Positions 9,276-18,211 of a stretch of 24,790 nt of DNA are shown here, one piece after another (positions within the stretch are counted from its first letter, which is position 1; every line of letters begins with the position of its first letter). Below the pieces are notes generated by a model. The model was not told the DNA's origin. It did no database searches and saw only the letters and a list, made by a program, of their open reading frames with translations. The stretch comes from Coleofasciculus sp. B1-GNL1-01 (lineage in GTDB: Bacteria; Cyanobacteriota; Cyanobacteriia; Cyanobacteriales; Coleofasciculaceae): NCBI GenBank assembly GCA_040220235.1, contig JAVJTO010000114.1; one strand, written 5' to 3'. The position numbers and the translations under genes were made by a program.

Positions 9276-10427
9276 GTGAACAGTAGGGCAAATATTCGTG
9301 TCGCTTGGCTGCTTCCGTCCATGGAAAGACAAAATTACTGGCAGCCGTTGTTTAAAGAATTCTCAAAAACGTTTCCAAAAACTACCATTTATACGGGATA
9401 TTGGGAAGGATTTGTTCCAGGATTTGAAGGAACATTTACCGTTGAAGTTGTGGGAAAAACGCAATTTGTCCCCACAACTCAATGTGCTGGTTACAGTCCC
9501 GGGTTAATTGTTGTATCTCCTAAAATTCTCGGTTATCTGCTCAAGTTTCGACCTCATGTCATCTTTGTTAGTGGTTTTTCTCTCTGGACGCTCCTCGCTC
9601 TACTATTTAAACCCTTAGGAATGTGGAAGGTTGTTATTGTTTACGATGGCAGTTCCCCAACCATAGACTATATCAATTCCAGATCCCGTTTAATTCTGCG
9701 AAGCGCAATGGTTCGCTTCGCGGATGCCTTCATCACAAATACGAGTGGTGGCAAAAATTATCTGACCAAAGTCTTAGGTGCTGAAGAACAACGGGTTTTT
9801 GCTCGACCTTACCAAGTACCGGATGTCAAAACCTTACTGGGATGTCAAGAAGAGGACTCAGAACCTAAACCCGAGTTACAGCATCCCATTTTTCTGTTTG
9901 TGGGCAAAGTCATCCCCCGCAAAGGACTTCAGTTGCTCTTACAGGCTTGCACGATGCTCAAGCAGCAGGGCTATCAAAAATATACGTTGCTCATCGTAGG
10001 TGATGGAGAACAACGGGAAGAACTAGAAGCCTATAGTCAAACTCAGGGGTTAACCGATTCTGTACACTGGGTAGGTTGGGGAAATTATGACCGCTTGGGT
10101 GCTTATTTCCGTCAAGCCGATGTATTCGTTTTTCCCACTTTAGAGGATATCTGGGGGGTAGTTTTGCTAGAAGCCATGGCTTTTGGTAACGTTATCTTGT
10201 GTTCTAAATGGGCGGGTTCATCTGAACTTGTTCTGGAAGGAGACAATGGTTATATCTTTGACCCCTATCATCCGGAAGAATTAGCTGAACAGATGAGACG
10301 TTTTATGAATAATCCAGACTTGATTGTCTCAATGGGTCAACAATCACAGCAGTTTATTGCCCAGCATAATCCAGAAGCTGCGGCTAAGTTCTTGGTAGAG
10401 GTGACGTCTTTTGCCTTGAACCATTAA
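9276..10427 (+). CDS. Glycosyltransferase family 4 (GT-B)
   Basis: FLFVGKVIPRKG, IVGDGE, ADVFVFPTLEDIWGVVLLEAMAFG; GTG start. Confidence 0.92.
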   Translation: MNSRANIRVAWLLPSMERQNYWQPLFKEFSKTFPKTTIYTGYWEGFVPGFEGTFTVEVVGKTQFVPTTQCAGYSPGLIVVSPKILGYLLKFRPHVIFVSGFSLWTLLALLFKPLGMWKVVIVYDGSSPTIDYINSRSRLILRSAMVRFADAFITNTSGGKNYLTKVLGAEEQRVFARPYQVPDVKTLLGCQEEDSEPKPELQHPIFLFVGKVIPRKGLQLLLQACTMLKQQGYQKYTLLIVGDGEQREELEAYSQTQGLTDSVHWVGWGNYDRLGAYFRQADVFVFPTLEDIWGVVLLEAMAFGNVILCSKWAGSSELVLEGDNGYIFDPYHPEELAEQMRRFMNNPDLIVSMGQQSQQFIAQHNPEAAAKFLVEVTSFALNH

Positions 10428-10482
10428 GGGGGTGCCAACAATTTACTCCGTCAAATCTTGTTATCAATTCATCAAGTAATCA

Positions 10483-11220
10483 TCACCACGTATAGCCAAA
10501 CATTTCTATATCCGAGCGATAACGGCGTGCTACTAAATCCCGCAGCTGATCATCGTAATAATCTTTATATCTACGGGAACTTGTTTGATTAAGATGGGGC
10601 ATCTTGATACTTGGCAACTGCAATGTTTTGAAAATTTCAGTTAAATCTTCATTTAAATTTTCTAATTTAGCAACTTTATGTACCAATAAACGCCCCTTCG
10701 GATCACAGACAAGTCTTTTTTGAGAACGAAAATGCTCATCCGATAATACATCCGGAATTAGTACCACCCTTTTCACAAATTGGTCGAAGGGCATTTCCGG
10801 ATAAAAAATTTTCACCTGTAAAACTTGATTATAGCGATCAAAGGTAGAGGGAAAAGGATTATTAGCAGATTTTATTTTATTTCCATAACATGAAGCCAAT
10901 CGATCCCAAGGATTACGAACCACAGTGAACCGGAAATAATCAGGAAATTCATTTAACCGTTGACCTGAAACCCATTCAAAATCGATAAAGTTAGGATCAA
11001 ACTTATGCTCAAGTCCACAAAGATCAGCAATTACTTGCTTGAGACTGGTACAAGCTGCTTTCGGAACCGGAAAGTAGATAAACTTGTAGGGGCGACAAAC
11101 GATACCTTTCGGAATTCTTGCCTCCCATGCTTTTCTCACGTTAAATGATACCGTTTTCAAATATTTATTTATCTTAACCATGGGTCTACTGTACTTATAG
11201 GAGTGTCTGAAAGTTGTCAC
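10483..11220 (-). CDS. Sulfotransferase, Sulfotransfer_2 (carbohydrate sulfotransferase) family
   Basis: 5'-PSB motif PKAACTS, 3'-PB motif VVRNPWDRLASCY, plus DEHFRSQ and Y..DIEMFGY. The GTG start overlaps the upstream stop; an alternative ATG lies 13 codons later. Confidence 0.9.
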   Translation of the reverse strand: MTTFRHSYKYSRPMVKINKYLKTVSFNVRKAWEARIPKGIVCRPYKFIYFPVPKAACTSLKQVIADLCGLEHKFDPNFIDFEWVSGQRLNEFPDYFRFTVVRNPWDRLASCYGNKIKSANNPFPSTFDRYNQVLQVKIFYPEMPFDQFVKRVVLIPDVLSDEHFRSQKRLVCDPKGRLLVHKVAKLENLNEDLTEIFKTLQLPSIKMPHLNQTSSRRYKDYYDDQLRDLVARRYRSDIEMFGYTW

Positions 11221-12254
11221 TGTAACATTTTCCGAAATAGCTGCGGATAAAACTGTGCTGGCGTTAGCCGCTCAAAAAGTGACCGCAACTCTCGCTGCAA
11301 GTCGCGAAATTCAGACGGAGAAAGCCGAGAATGCCATTCCATCAACCGCTCAGGCAACTCCGGCAAACGGGTAGAAGGGACTCGAACAATCAACTGATCC
11401 CAGGGAATCTCTTCTTCCAAAGGCAACATAGAGTCTGTATCAATAAGTATCGGGATCTTACCTAAAGAAAGCGCCTCATAGAATCGCCAACTATAATTAT
11501 CCGTGCCGCGAACGCAGAGAGCATAGGCATTACCCATCAAATTGTCCAGGAATTGCTGACGCAAGTTTCCTTGTACGTTAGGACTCATTCCCTCATGCTT
11601 TCGCCCGATAAAATCCGCTTTAATGCGAGAATCTTTTTCTACAACTTGCATCGTATCGGTTCGTAGTGGGTGACAACAGGTCATCCGGATACCGCGAGTT
11701 GTGCTACAGAAAAAATTAGTTGCCATACGCCGAGTCAAACTCTTGGGCATCATTCTCCAGATGGCAAGTCCTAATGTTCCCCCCTCGCGACCACAAAAAC
11801 TCACCGTTGGCAGAGGTTCCTTTTCCATAGGTTGCCAGTCGCGGATACCCAATTCCGCCATCAGATCAAACCCGTCCCCCCCCAGAAATGCCGGACTAAT
11901 AATCACCCCTGGTTCTTGAAGTGAACGATACCAAGAAAATCGGATAATATAGTCCAGCCACTTCGGTTTTCGCCGCTCATGGCTGATATCAAAGCCAATT
12001 GACGGTAATTGTAGCATAGACACTATTGCGCCAATCTGCTGGAGTTGCTTAGGGGAATAGAACGTCACATTCGATGGTAGTAGAAATGCGTCAGCCTCTT
12101 CATCCTCAACAATTTCAAATGTCTCTTGAACCACCTGATTAAACGCTGGAGAATAAGCACCACGCCATGCCTTGAGAATTGGGCATCCATGGGGCCATCT
12201 ATCCGCTCGTGCCAGTTCAAGACCCAGCGTGGTCAGTTTAAGTTTCCGTTCCAT
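11217..12254 (-). CDS. Exostosin-like glycosyltransferase (GT47)
   Basis: EADAFLLP, VSFCG, and YALCVRGTDNYSWRFYEALSLGKIPILI...LPLEEEIPW, the characteristic exostosin C-terminal motif. Confidence 0.85.
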   Translation of the reverse strand: MERKLKLTTLGLELARADRWPHGCPILKAWRGAYSPAFNQVVQETFEIVEDEEADAFLLPSNVTFYSPKQLQQIGAIVSMLQLPSIGFDISHERRKPKWLDYIIRFSWYRSLQEPGVIISPAFLGGDGFDLMAELGIRDWQPMEKEPLPTVSFCGREGGTLGLAIWRMMPKSLTRRMATNFFCSTTRGIRMTCCHPLRTDTMQVVEKDSRIKADFIGRKHEGMSPNVQGNLRQQFLDNLMGNAYALCVRGTDNYSWRFYEALSLGKIPILIDTDSMLPLEEEIPWDQLIVRVPSTRLPELPERLMEWHSRLSPSEFRDLQRELRSLFERLTPAQFYPQLFRKMLQ

Positions 12255-12278
12255 AACTATTGCATTGCTATCAATGGG

Positions 12279-13502
12279 TTACTTTTGTGCTACAACGTTC
12301 TGATAAAGCTGAACCCAAATTTCTGCTTTAACCTCCCAATCATAAACCTCCTTGACGCGCTTTTGACCGGCTTGTCCTAGCCGAACTCGTAACTCGGAAT
12401 CACCCGCTAAACGTGTCATTGCCTCAGCTAAACCCTTTACAGTTTCTTGGGGATCAGAGGCTGACACCTTAATACCTGTTTCCTGGGTAACCTGAGTGGC
12501 AGGTCCACCCAAATTCAAGCAAATCACCGGTCGTCCAGCCGCCATTCCTTCCAAGCACGTCCATCCTCCAGAATCGTGTAGGCTCGGGTGAACTAAGACA
12601 TGGCATTGTCCTAACTTATCCATCAATTGCTCACGCGGTAGCTTTCCCCAGAATTTGACTTGGGAAGCCACCCCTAGCTTTTCAGCCAGAGCTTGTAGCC
12701 GTTCTCGTTCAGGTCCATCTCCTAGCAGCCAGTACTCAGCCGCTGATAATTCTGCCTTGGCAAAGGCACGTACTGCTAGATGATAGCCTTTCCAGTGTAA
12801 AAGCCGACCCATGCTAATAAATCTCATGGGAGAATTCTCTGGGATTGGACACTGTTCTAGGCGGGCTAGCTCTGGCTTAGATAACCCCGTTTCGGAAAAC
12901 ACCTGCACATTGGTCGCGCCTAATCTCAACAGACGTTTAGCAGTTTCCTCCGTTGTCGCCTGAGCTAAGATACTTCGCTGAGCCGTAATCCGAGTAAATG
13001 GATCTTGCTCACCTAGCCGTTGAGCTAAGTCTCGCAGGGTTTCGTAAACCTTTCCCCAACCACTAAAATCATGCCAGAAGGGCTTAGGTGCTTGTTCACC
13101 ACCGCCCACAGGTCCCCAAATGAAGGGAATTGGCAACAGCGCTAGGAAGCTTGGAGACCAAAACTTGACGTATGTAACATGATGTACCAAATCAAAATTA
13201 ATTTGCTTATGCAACGGACGCGCCACAAAATAAGCTTGAATCTGCCATAGATAGTAGTGCAGTTGAACTGCCCCTTGCCTGCCTCTCCAATCTTCAGTCC
13301 AATTCAAGGGATCGAAATATATAAAATGCAGGTTTTGGATGGGGTTACGAGTAAGTTCTGCCTCAATAGGAGCGCGGAAAATCGTTCGGGTTAGCACCCA
13401 AGTCTCATGGTACTTCGCGAGTGCTAGTGCCATATTCCAACCCACTCCTTCCTCGGAACCGCAACCGGGTTCGCAGGCATAGGCAGATACTAAAATTTTC
13501 AT
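12279..13502 (-). CDS. Glycosyltransferase family 4
   Basis: MKILVSAYACEPGCGSEEGVGW, MGRLLHWKG, HPSLHDSGGWTCLEGMAAGRPVI. Confidence 0.92.
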   Translation of the reverse strand: MKILVSAYACEPGCGSEEGVGWNMALALAKYHETWVLTRTIFRAPIEAELTRNPIQNLHFIYFDPLNWTEDWRGRQGAVQLHYYLWQIQAYFVARPLHKQINFDLVHHVTYVKFWSPSFLALLPIPFIWGPVGGGEQAPKPFWHDFSGWGKVYETLRDLAQRLGEQDPFTRITAQRSILAQATTEETAKRLLRLGATNVQVFSETGLSKPELARLEQCPIPENSPMRFISMGRLLHWKGYHLAVRAFAKAELSAAEYWLLGDGPERERLQALAEKLGVASQVKFWGKLPREQLMDKLGQCHVLVHPSLHDSGGWTCLEGMAAGRPVICLNLGGPATQVTQETGIKVSASDPQETVKGLAEAMTRLAGDSELRVRLGQAGQKRVKEVYDWEVKAEIWVQLYQNVVAQK

Positions 13503-13609
13503 CAGTGGAGTACCTCTTTGGAAAAACTTAAGAGACTTCCCAATGTAATTTACAGACTATTATTCGAGAGATTTAATTGTAAGTCTTTCTGCTAAAGTCC
13601 CTATAGTTT

Positions 13610-16447
13610 TTAAACAAAATTTACCTGAACCAATAAATCATTATAGTCGAGATCGCCCCCACCCAGTTGATCCTCGAACCCAATGGTATTATCCCCCAGC
13701 AAGCGGACGTGGTCTACCCCATCCGCGTTAGCTCCGATAAAGGCAAAATAAGCCATCACGTCTTCACCACTCTGATTATGGGGATTTTCTGCCAAAAATT
13801 CCTCGGCTGTACCATCAGCGATGATAAACGGGGCAAGGATTTTCCCAGCCGGGAGTCCTGCATCTGTGTCCAACCGCTGACGAACCGCCACCTCAGCATA
13901 ACCGGGATCACCGGGAAGCAAATCCCCAATGCGACCATTCGGGTCATCGATCGCATAAAATCCAAAGCTATTGTCATAATCCGCGTCACTATTTACGCCA
14001 AACTGAGCTGGAACCATACCTGTTACGTGATCCCGTAAATCAATAATTTCCCCTTCTTGTCCTCCTTGTAACAGAGTTCCGATTCCTGAATCAGTCTCCG
14101 TGAGTTGAACCGTGAAAACTAAGTCATCAAAGTCTCCATCGTCCCCATCTTCCCACGCTAGCTGATAACCATCATCTCCCAATTCTGATACCTGTACAGG
14201 GTCAAACTGATCCCCATTGGCAGAGGTCAAGCCAAAAAATATATTATCAGGAGTACCTCCAGCCGCCAACTCAGCCCGTACTGTATCGGTGGTACTCTCT
14301 TTAACCAGGTAAAACCCAAAGTCCTGACCCCCATCCACCCCAAATTGACGGGTGAAGCTCAAATCAGGAAACTGATGTCCGGGAAGCACTGAGAAAATAA
14401 CTTGGGATTGGCTGAGTGCTGCTTCCAGATACCCAGTTTCCCCAGGAGCGATACCGTTAATATAACCCGACTCATCATCCACCAAAAAAATTCCAACTTC
14501 ATTAAGTGTATCCGTGTCACTTCCCGTTAAATTAAATTGAAGTTGAACCGCATCCGAGTCTCCTGCGATCTGGAAAATATCCTCGGATGTCCGACTCAGC
14601 GCAGGTTCCTGGATGGGTTGAGGGTTGGTTATGTTATCCGTGGTTACCTGGGCGAAAGTAGCAGAGGACGCCCCAATTTCGTTAATTGCCCTAAGGCGAT
14701 AGTAGTATTGTGTGTTCGCTGTTAAGTCAGTATCCCGGTAACGGGTAACATCAGCCGCTGTTGTGGTTAAGACAGTCCAATTCTCTTGGTCGCGCGATCG
14801 CTCTATTTTGAACCCTGTTTCATTATTACTCCGATCTGCCCACGTTAGTTCAATTTCTGTATCTGAAATTGCTGTAACAATTAAGTCACTTGGATCTGTA
14901 GGAAATGTACCTCTAGGAAGGCTAATTCCAGCCCCGGCTGTTACATCTGGATTACCGGGTAAGGGTGGTGTTTGCACCGTACCCCTATTATCTATAAATT
15001 TCCCCAGTTCAGGGTCAATGACCGTAACACCCGGAGTAATTTTAGTGTCACTAGGAGCGGGTTCTATTGATTGGAAATTTCCGCCCCCATCTTTGAACGT
15101 AATATTCGTGTGGTGATTAACCTTTAAATCCTCACCGTCATTGTCTGCAAAGTTATCGGCAACCAGGGTATTTGCCAGTGTGACATTTGCTGACTCTTCT
15201 GCCCAAAATCCTGCACCTTGAAACCCAGCGTAATTATTGGCAATGGTGGTGTTGGTAATGGATGTGGGATAAGGATCATTGGATAAACGAATTGCTCCAC
15301 CAATACCCCCTTTACCATTAGTTGCTTCTGCTCGGTTCCCGTAAAAGGTACTATTGTCAATCGTAACTCGCTCAGTATCTCCTACCCACAAACCCCCACC
15401 TTGACCCAATGAAGGGTACTCCGCCAACGCGATGACTCGATTGTTGGCAAAGGTAGTATTACGGACGATAAACTCACCTCGGTCTTGCCGGACGCCACCA
15501 CCAGCGGCGAATCCGTTGACACTTGTTGTAACCTGGTTATTAATAATTGTACTATCTTCCAGGATAACTTTGTCGGCATCATAAACAAATAGAAAAAGTC
15601 CACCGCCACCACCGACAGCCGTATTACGATCGAACCGACTATGACGAATCTCGATAGTGCCAGAAGTTTGACCATCATCTTTAAGGGAAGCCCCATCCGT
15701 GAAAATTGCCCCACCGTCACCCGTTGTGCTGTTTTGAAAGAAAGTGGAGTTTTTGACGTTCAGACCTCCTAAAAGGTTGTAAATTGCCCCACCTAAAGTT
15801 GCTTGGTTATCGATAAAAGTCGAGTCTTCTACTTTTAGAGTGCCGAGAGGAACATTAATTGCACCACCTCTAATTGACTTGTTATCAACAAACTCACTAC
15901 CGATAACAGTAAGAGAGCTTTCGGTATCAATCGTAATCGCACCGCCACCCCGATCTTCGTTACCTAATGCACTATTTTCCTCAAATTTACTGTTAATTAC
16001 AACAGTTGTACTGCGCCACCCGCTAAAGATAGCACCTCCTCCATAATCCTGAACGTGGTTGTTTTTAAATAGGCTATTCTCTACCGTGAGTTTTGTACCA
16101 CTTGCTGTCCAAATTCCAGCGCCTGCCAGCTCTTTATCGACTCCACTAGTTTTGCCATTTGCGATGGTAAAATTCCGTAGAGTAACATCAAGAAAATCAC
16201 TAAATGAATTACCCTTTATCAAAAAAGCGCGGGATGTTTTATTTCCACTGATAGTTAAACCGGGGGCATTTTCGCCATCAATAATTATATCTTTATTAAT
16301 TTCTAGTTGACCGCTGGTTAGAGTAATAGTTTGGTTGGCCAGACTAGAGTCAAATTGAATTGTATCTCCTGCCTGGGCTTGCGCGATCGCAGCTCTCAGA
16401 GAACCCGCTCCACTGTCAGCAGCGCTTGTAACCGTAATGGTAGTCAT
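13610..16447 (-). CDS. Large extracellular protein: parallel beta-helix repeats, fibronectin type III domain, C-terminal DUF4114-like acidic domains
   Basis: N-terminal DSGAGSLRAAI; repeated F..N...GGAI motifs; FN3 (PSDLIVTAISDTEIELTWAD...GFKIERS...YYYRLRAIN); WEDGDDGDFDDLV and GFEDQLGGGDLDYNDLLV. No hydrophobic signal peptide. Confidence 0.85.
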   Translation of the reverse strand: MTTITVTSAADSGAGSLRAAIAQAQAGDTIQFDSSLANQTITLTSGQLEINKDIIIDGENAPGLTISGNKTSRAFLIKGNSFSDFLDVTLRNFTIANGKTSGVDKELAGAGIWTASGTKLTVENSLFKNNHVQDYGGGAIFSGWRSTTVVINSKFEENSALGNEDRGGGAITIDTESSLTVIGSEFVDNKSIRGGAINVPLGTLKVEDSTFIDNQATLGGAIYNLLGGLNVKNSTFFQNSTTGDGGAIFTDGASLKDDGQTSGTIEIRHSRFDRNTAVGGGGGLFLFVYDADKVILEDSTIINNQVTTSVNGFAAGGGVRQDRGEFIVRNTTFANNRVIALAEYPSLGQGGGLWVGDTERVTIDNSTFYGNRAEATNGKGGIGGAIRLSNDPYPTSITNTTIANNYAGFQGAGFWAEESANVTLANTLVADNFADNDGEDLKVNHHTNITFKDGGGNFQSIEPAPSDTKITPGVTVIDPELGKFIDNRGTVQTPPLPGNPDVTAGAGISLPRGTFPTDPSDLIVTAISDTEIELTWADRSNNETGFKIERSRDQENWTVLTTTAADVTRYRDTDLTANTQYYYRLRAINEIGASSATFAQVTTDNITNPQPIQEPALSRTSEDIFQIAGDSDAVQLQFNLTGSDTDTLNEVGIFLVDDESGYINGIAPGETGYLEAALSQSQVIFSVLPGHQFPDLSFTRQFGVDGGQDFGFYLVKESTTDTVRAELAAGGTPDNIFFGLTSANGDQFDPVQVSELGDDGYQLAWEDGDDGDFDDLVFTVQLTETDSGIGTLLQGGQEGEIIDLRDHVTGMVPAQFGVNSDADYDNSFGFYAIDDPNGRIGDLLPGDPGYAEVAVRQRLDTDAGLPAGKILAPFIIADGTAEEFLAENPHNQSGEDVMAYFAFIGANADGVDHVRLLGDNTIGFEDQLGGGDLDYNDLLVQVNFV

Positions 16448-16755
16448 AATTTAGCATGCACCCGTTTTTTGCGAGATTAAATCTATCCCTCGCCCAGAAC
16501 GTTGAACTCAACGTTGATCTAGGTCAGGGGATTTTATACAGGGTGTCACCGTGTTAATACATCATCAAACTCGGATTACAGCTCATAATCCATGAACAAT
16601 GATGCGAACTAAACAGTGTCACCGAGTTGACTTAGATCATGTTTCAAGTCGAGGGACTTGTTAAAACTTTAATCGCTAGACTGAACCCTGTAAGTATATT
16701 TTCTCTGTCTGTAGTAAAACTACTGAATTTAATCAACTACTGTCTACCCAAAAAT

Positions 16756-16810
16756 AGACTCTTTACAGACTCTTCATAAACAGCCTGTCGTATCTTCATG
16801 AAAACTTCAC
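16756..16810. promoter_or_regulatory. Phased 11-bp direct repeats, candidate response-regulator binding site
   Basis: CTTTAC 16761, CTTCAT 16772, CTTCAT 16794, CTTCAC 16805 (spacing 11, 22, 11) in the divergent intergenic region. Confidence 0.45.
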
Positions 16811-16890
16811 AGTAGATTTGACCAACCCTTTTATCATCTGCCATCTGCCTTGCCCTCACCCAAAAGGAAGAAGTTAACTTGGATTAGTCA

Positions 16891-17007
16891 TAAGTGGGTG
16901 GACACAATTAAAGTTAACGGTTGAGATTAGGGAACAGGGAACAGTAAAGGTTTGAGGGCGATTTACAAAATTTAATATAGTACCGTTTTCTTTTGTCCGA
17001 CTACTTA
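16891..17007. mobile_element. 117-bp MITE-like element
   Basis: Imperfect terminal inverted repeats TAAGTGGGTGGACACAA / TTTTGTCCGACTACTTA (13/17 match), TA at both termini, internal AGGGAAC heptamer x2, non-coding. Confidence 0.7.
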
Positions 17008-17337
17008 TTACAGATGGAACGGTTGACTCTCTTAACAAATATTTGTAAAGAGACTTTACATAAAGACTCGCAATTGGTTGATTTACATTTCAATCTATGT
17101 ACAACTATTGACATGACTGAGCAATTCACAGTAAATTGCTTCCCATAAAGGATTTTAGTCTCCAACCCAAAATAGTTTCACACCTAACTCCCCAGACTGA
17201 GCGAGGAGCGAGATGAGGACAACCTAAAAAGCCGTTGACCGTGCGTCTGGCTCACTCCAGGTCTACAGAAACAAGGTTTTGGGACTTCGGGCGATAAAAA
17301 TGCGAAACCCTGCTTGGGCAGCTATGAGGAAATAGGA

Positions 17338-18174
17338 ATGAATACTCAAACATTACCAGTGTCTCCCAGTCAAACCAGTGTCATCGGAATTGGCGTGCAT
17401 CGGACAAGCTATGAGGAATGTACCGATCTGATCATTCAAAACGCCAAACAGCATCAATCTTGTACAGTAGCGGCGACAGATGTGCATAGCATGATGCGTG
17501 GTTATCTTGACCCCCAAGGTCATGGCTATCGCCTGAACCACTTTACTGTAGTCACCCCAGATGGTCAACCTGTACGCTGGGCGCTGAATCTGTTTCGCAA
17601 ATCGGGGGAAAAATATCTGCGAGATCGCGTCCGGGGACCTGAACTTATGTTAAGGGTGTGCGAACAAGCAGCGGCTGAAGGTGTGAGTATTTTTCTCTAT
17701 GGTTCAACCGACGCTATATTAGAGCAATTGCAAGTCAAGCTGACTCAAAAATACCCTAACTTGAAAATCGCTGGCGCAATCTCTCCACCATTTCGAGCAT
17801 TAACTCCAGAGGAAGATGCGGAGTACGTGCAAACCATTCGCCAATCGGGAGCAGGTATCCTTTTTGTCGGCTTAGGATGTCCAAAGCAAGAAGAGTGGGC
17901 GTTTACTCATCGCCATCGCTTGGATTGTCCTATACTCTGTGTCGGTGCTGCGTTTGATATGCATGCGGGTCAAGTTCACGAAGCCCCAATTTTAATGCAA
18001 ACGTTCGGTTTAGAATGGCTCTATCGATTTATGCAAGAACCCGTTCGCCTTTGGAAGCGCTACCTATTAATCAATCCGCTTTATCTGGTTCTGGTCACTT
18101 TGCAGTTTTTCAAAGTTTTGCCCCGCCAAAAAAAGCATAATCGAATTGACTACCCAACCTTTCATATTATATGA
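17338..18174 (+). CDS. WecB/TagA/CpsF family glycosyltransferase (GT26)
   Basis: TPDGQPVRW, DRVRGPELM, SPPFR, FVGLGCPKQE, VGAAFD, GLEWLYR...EPVRLWKRYL. ATG at 17338 follows a GAGGA/AGGA SD-like sequence. Confidence 0.93.
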   Translation: MNTQTLPVSPSQTSVIGIGVHRTSYEECTDLIIQNAKQHQSCTVAATDVHSMMRGYLDPQGHGYRLNHFTVVTPDGQPVRWALNLFRKSGEKYLRDRVRGPELMLRVCEQAAAEGVSIFLYGSTDAILEQLQVKLTQKYPNLKIAGAISPPFRALTPEEDAEYVQTIRQSGAGILFVGLGCPKQEEWAFTHRHRLDCPILCVGAAFDMHAGQVHEAPILMQTFGLEWLYRFMQEPVRLWKRYLLINPLYLVLVTLQFFKVLPRQKKHNRIDYPTFHII

Positions 18175-18211
18175 AAAGAGAAAGGCAACTCGATAAAGTG
18201 AGAGATTATCA

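Noticed and set aside
16543..16628. CRISPR array
   Set aside because: Only two ~13-bp repeats; too short and too few, and no cas genes.
16710..16725. NtcA site GTAGTAAAACTAC
   Set aside because: Spacer is 7 nt, not the GTA-N8-TAC consensus.
17190..17335. c-di-GMP-I riboswitch upstream of the GT26 gene
   Set aside because: Contains GGTCTA but lacks the GGCAAA...GAAA...GACGCAAA P2 arrangement.
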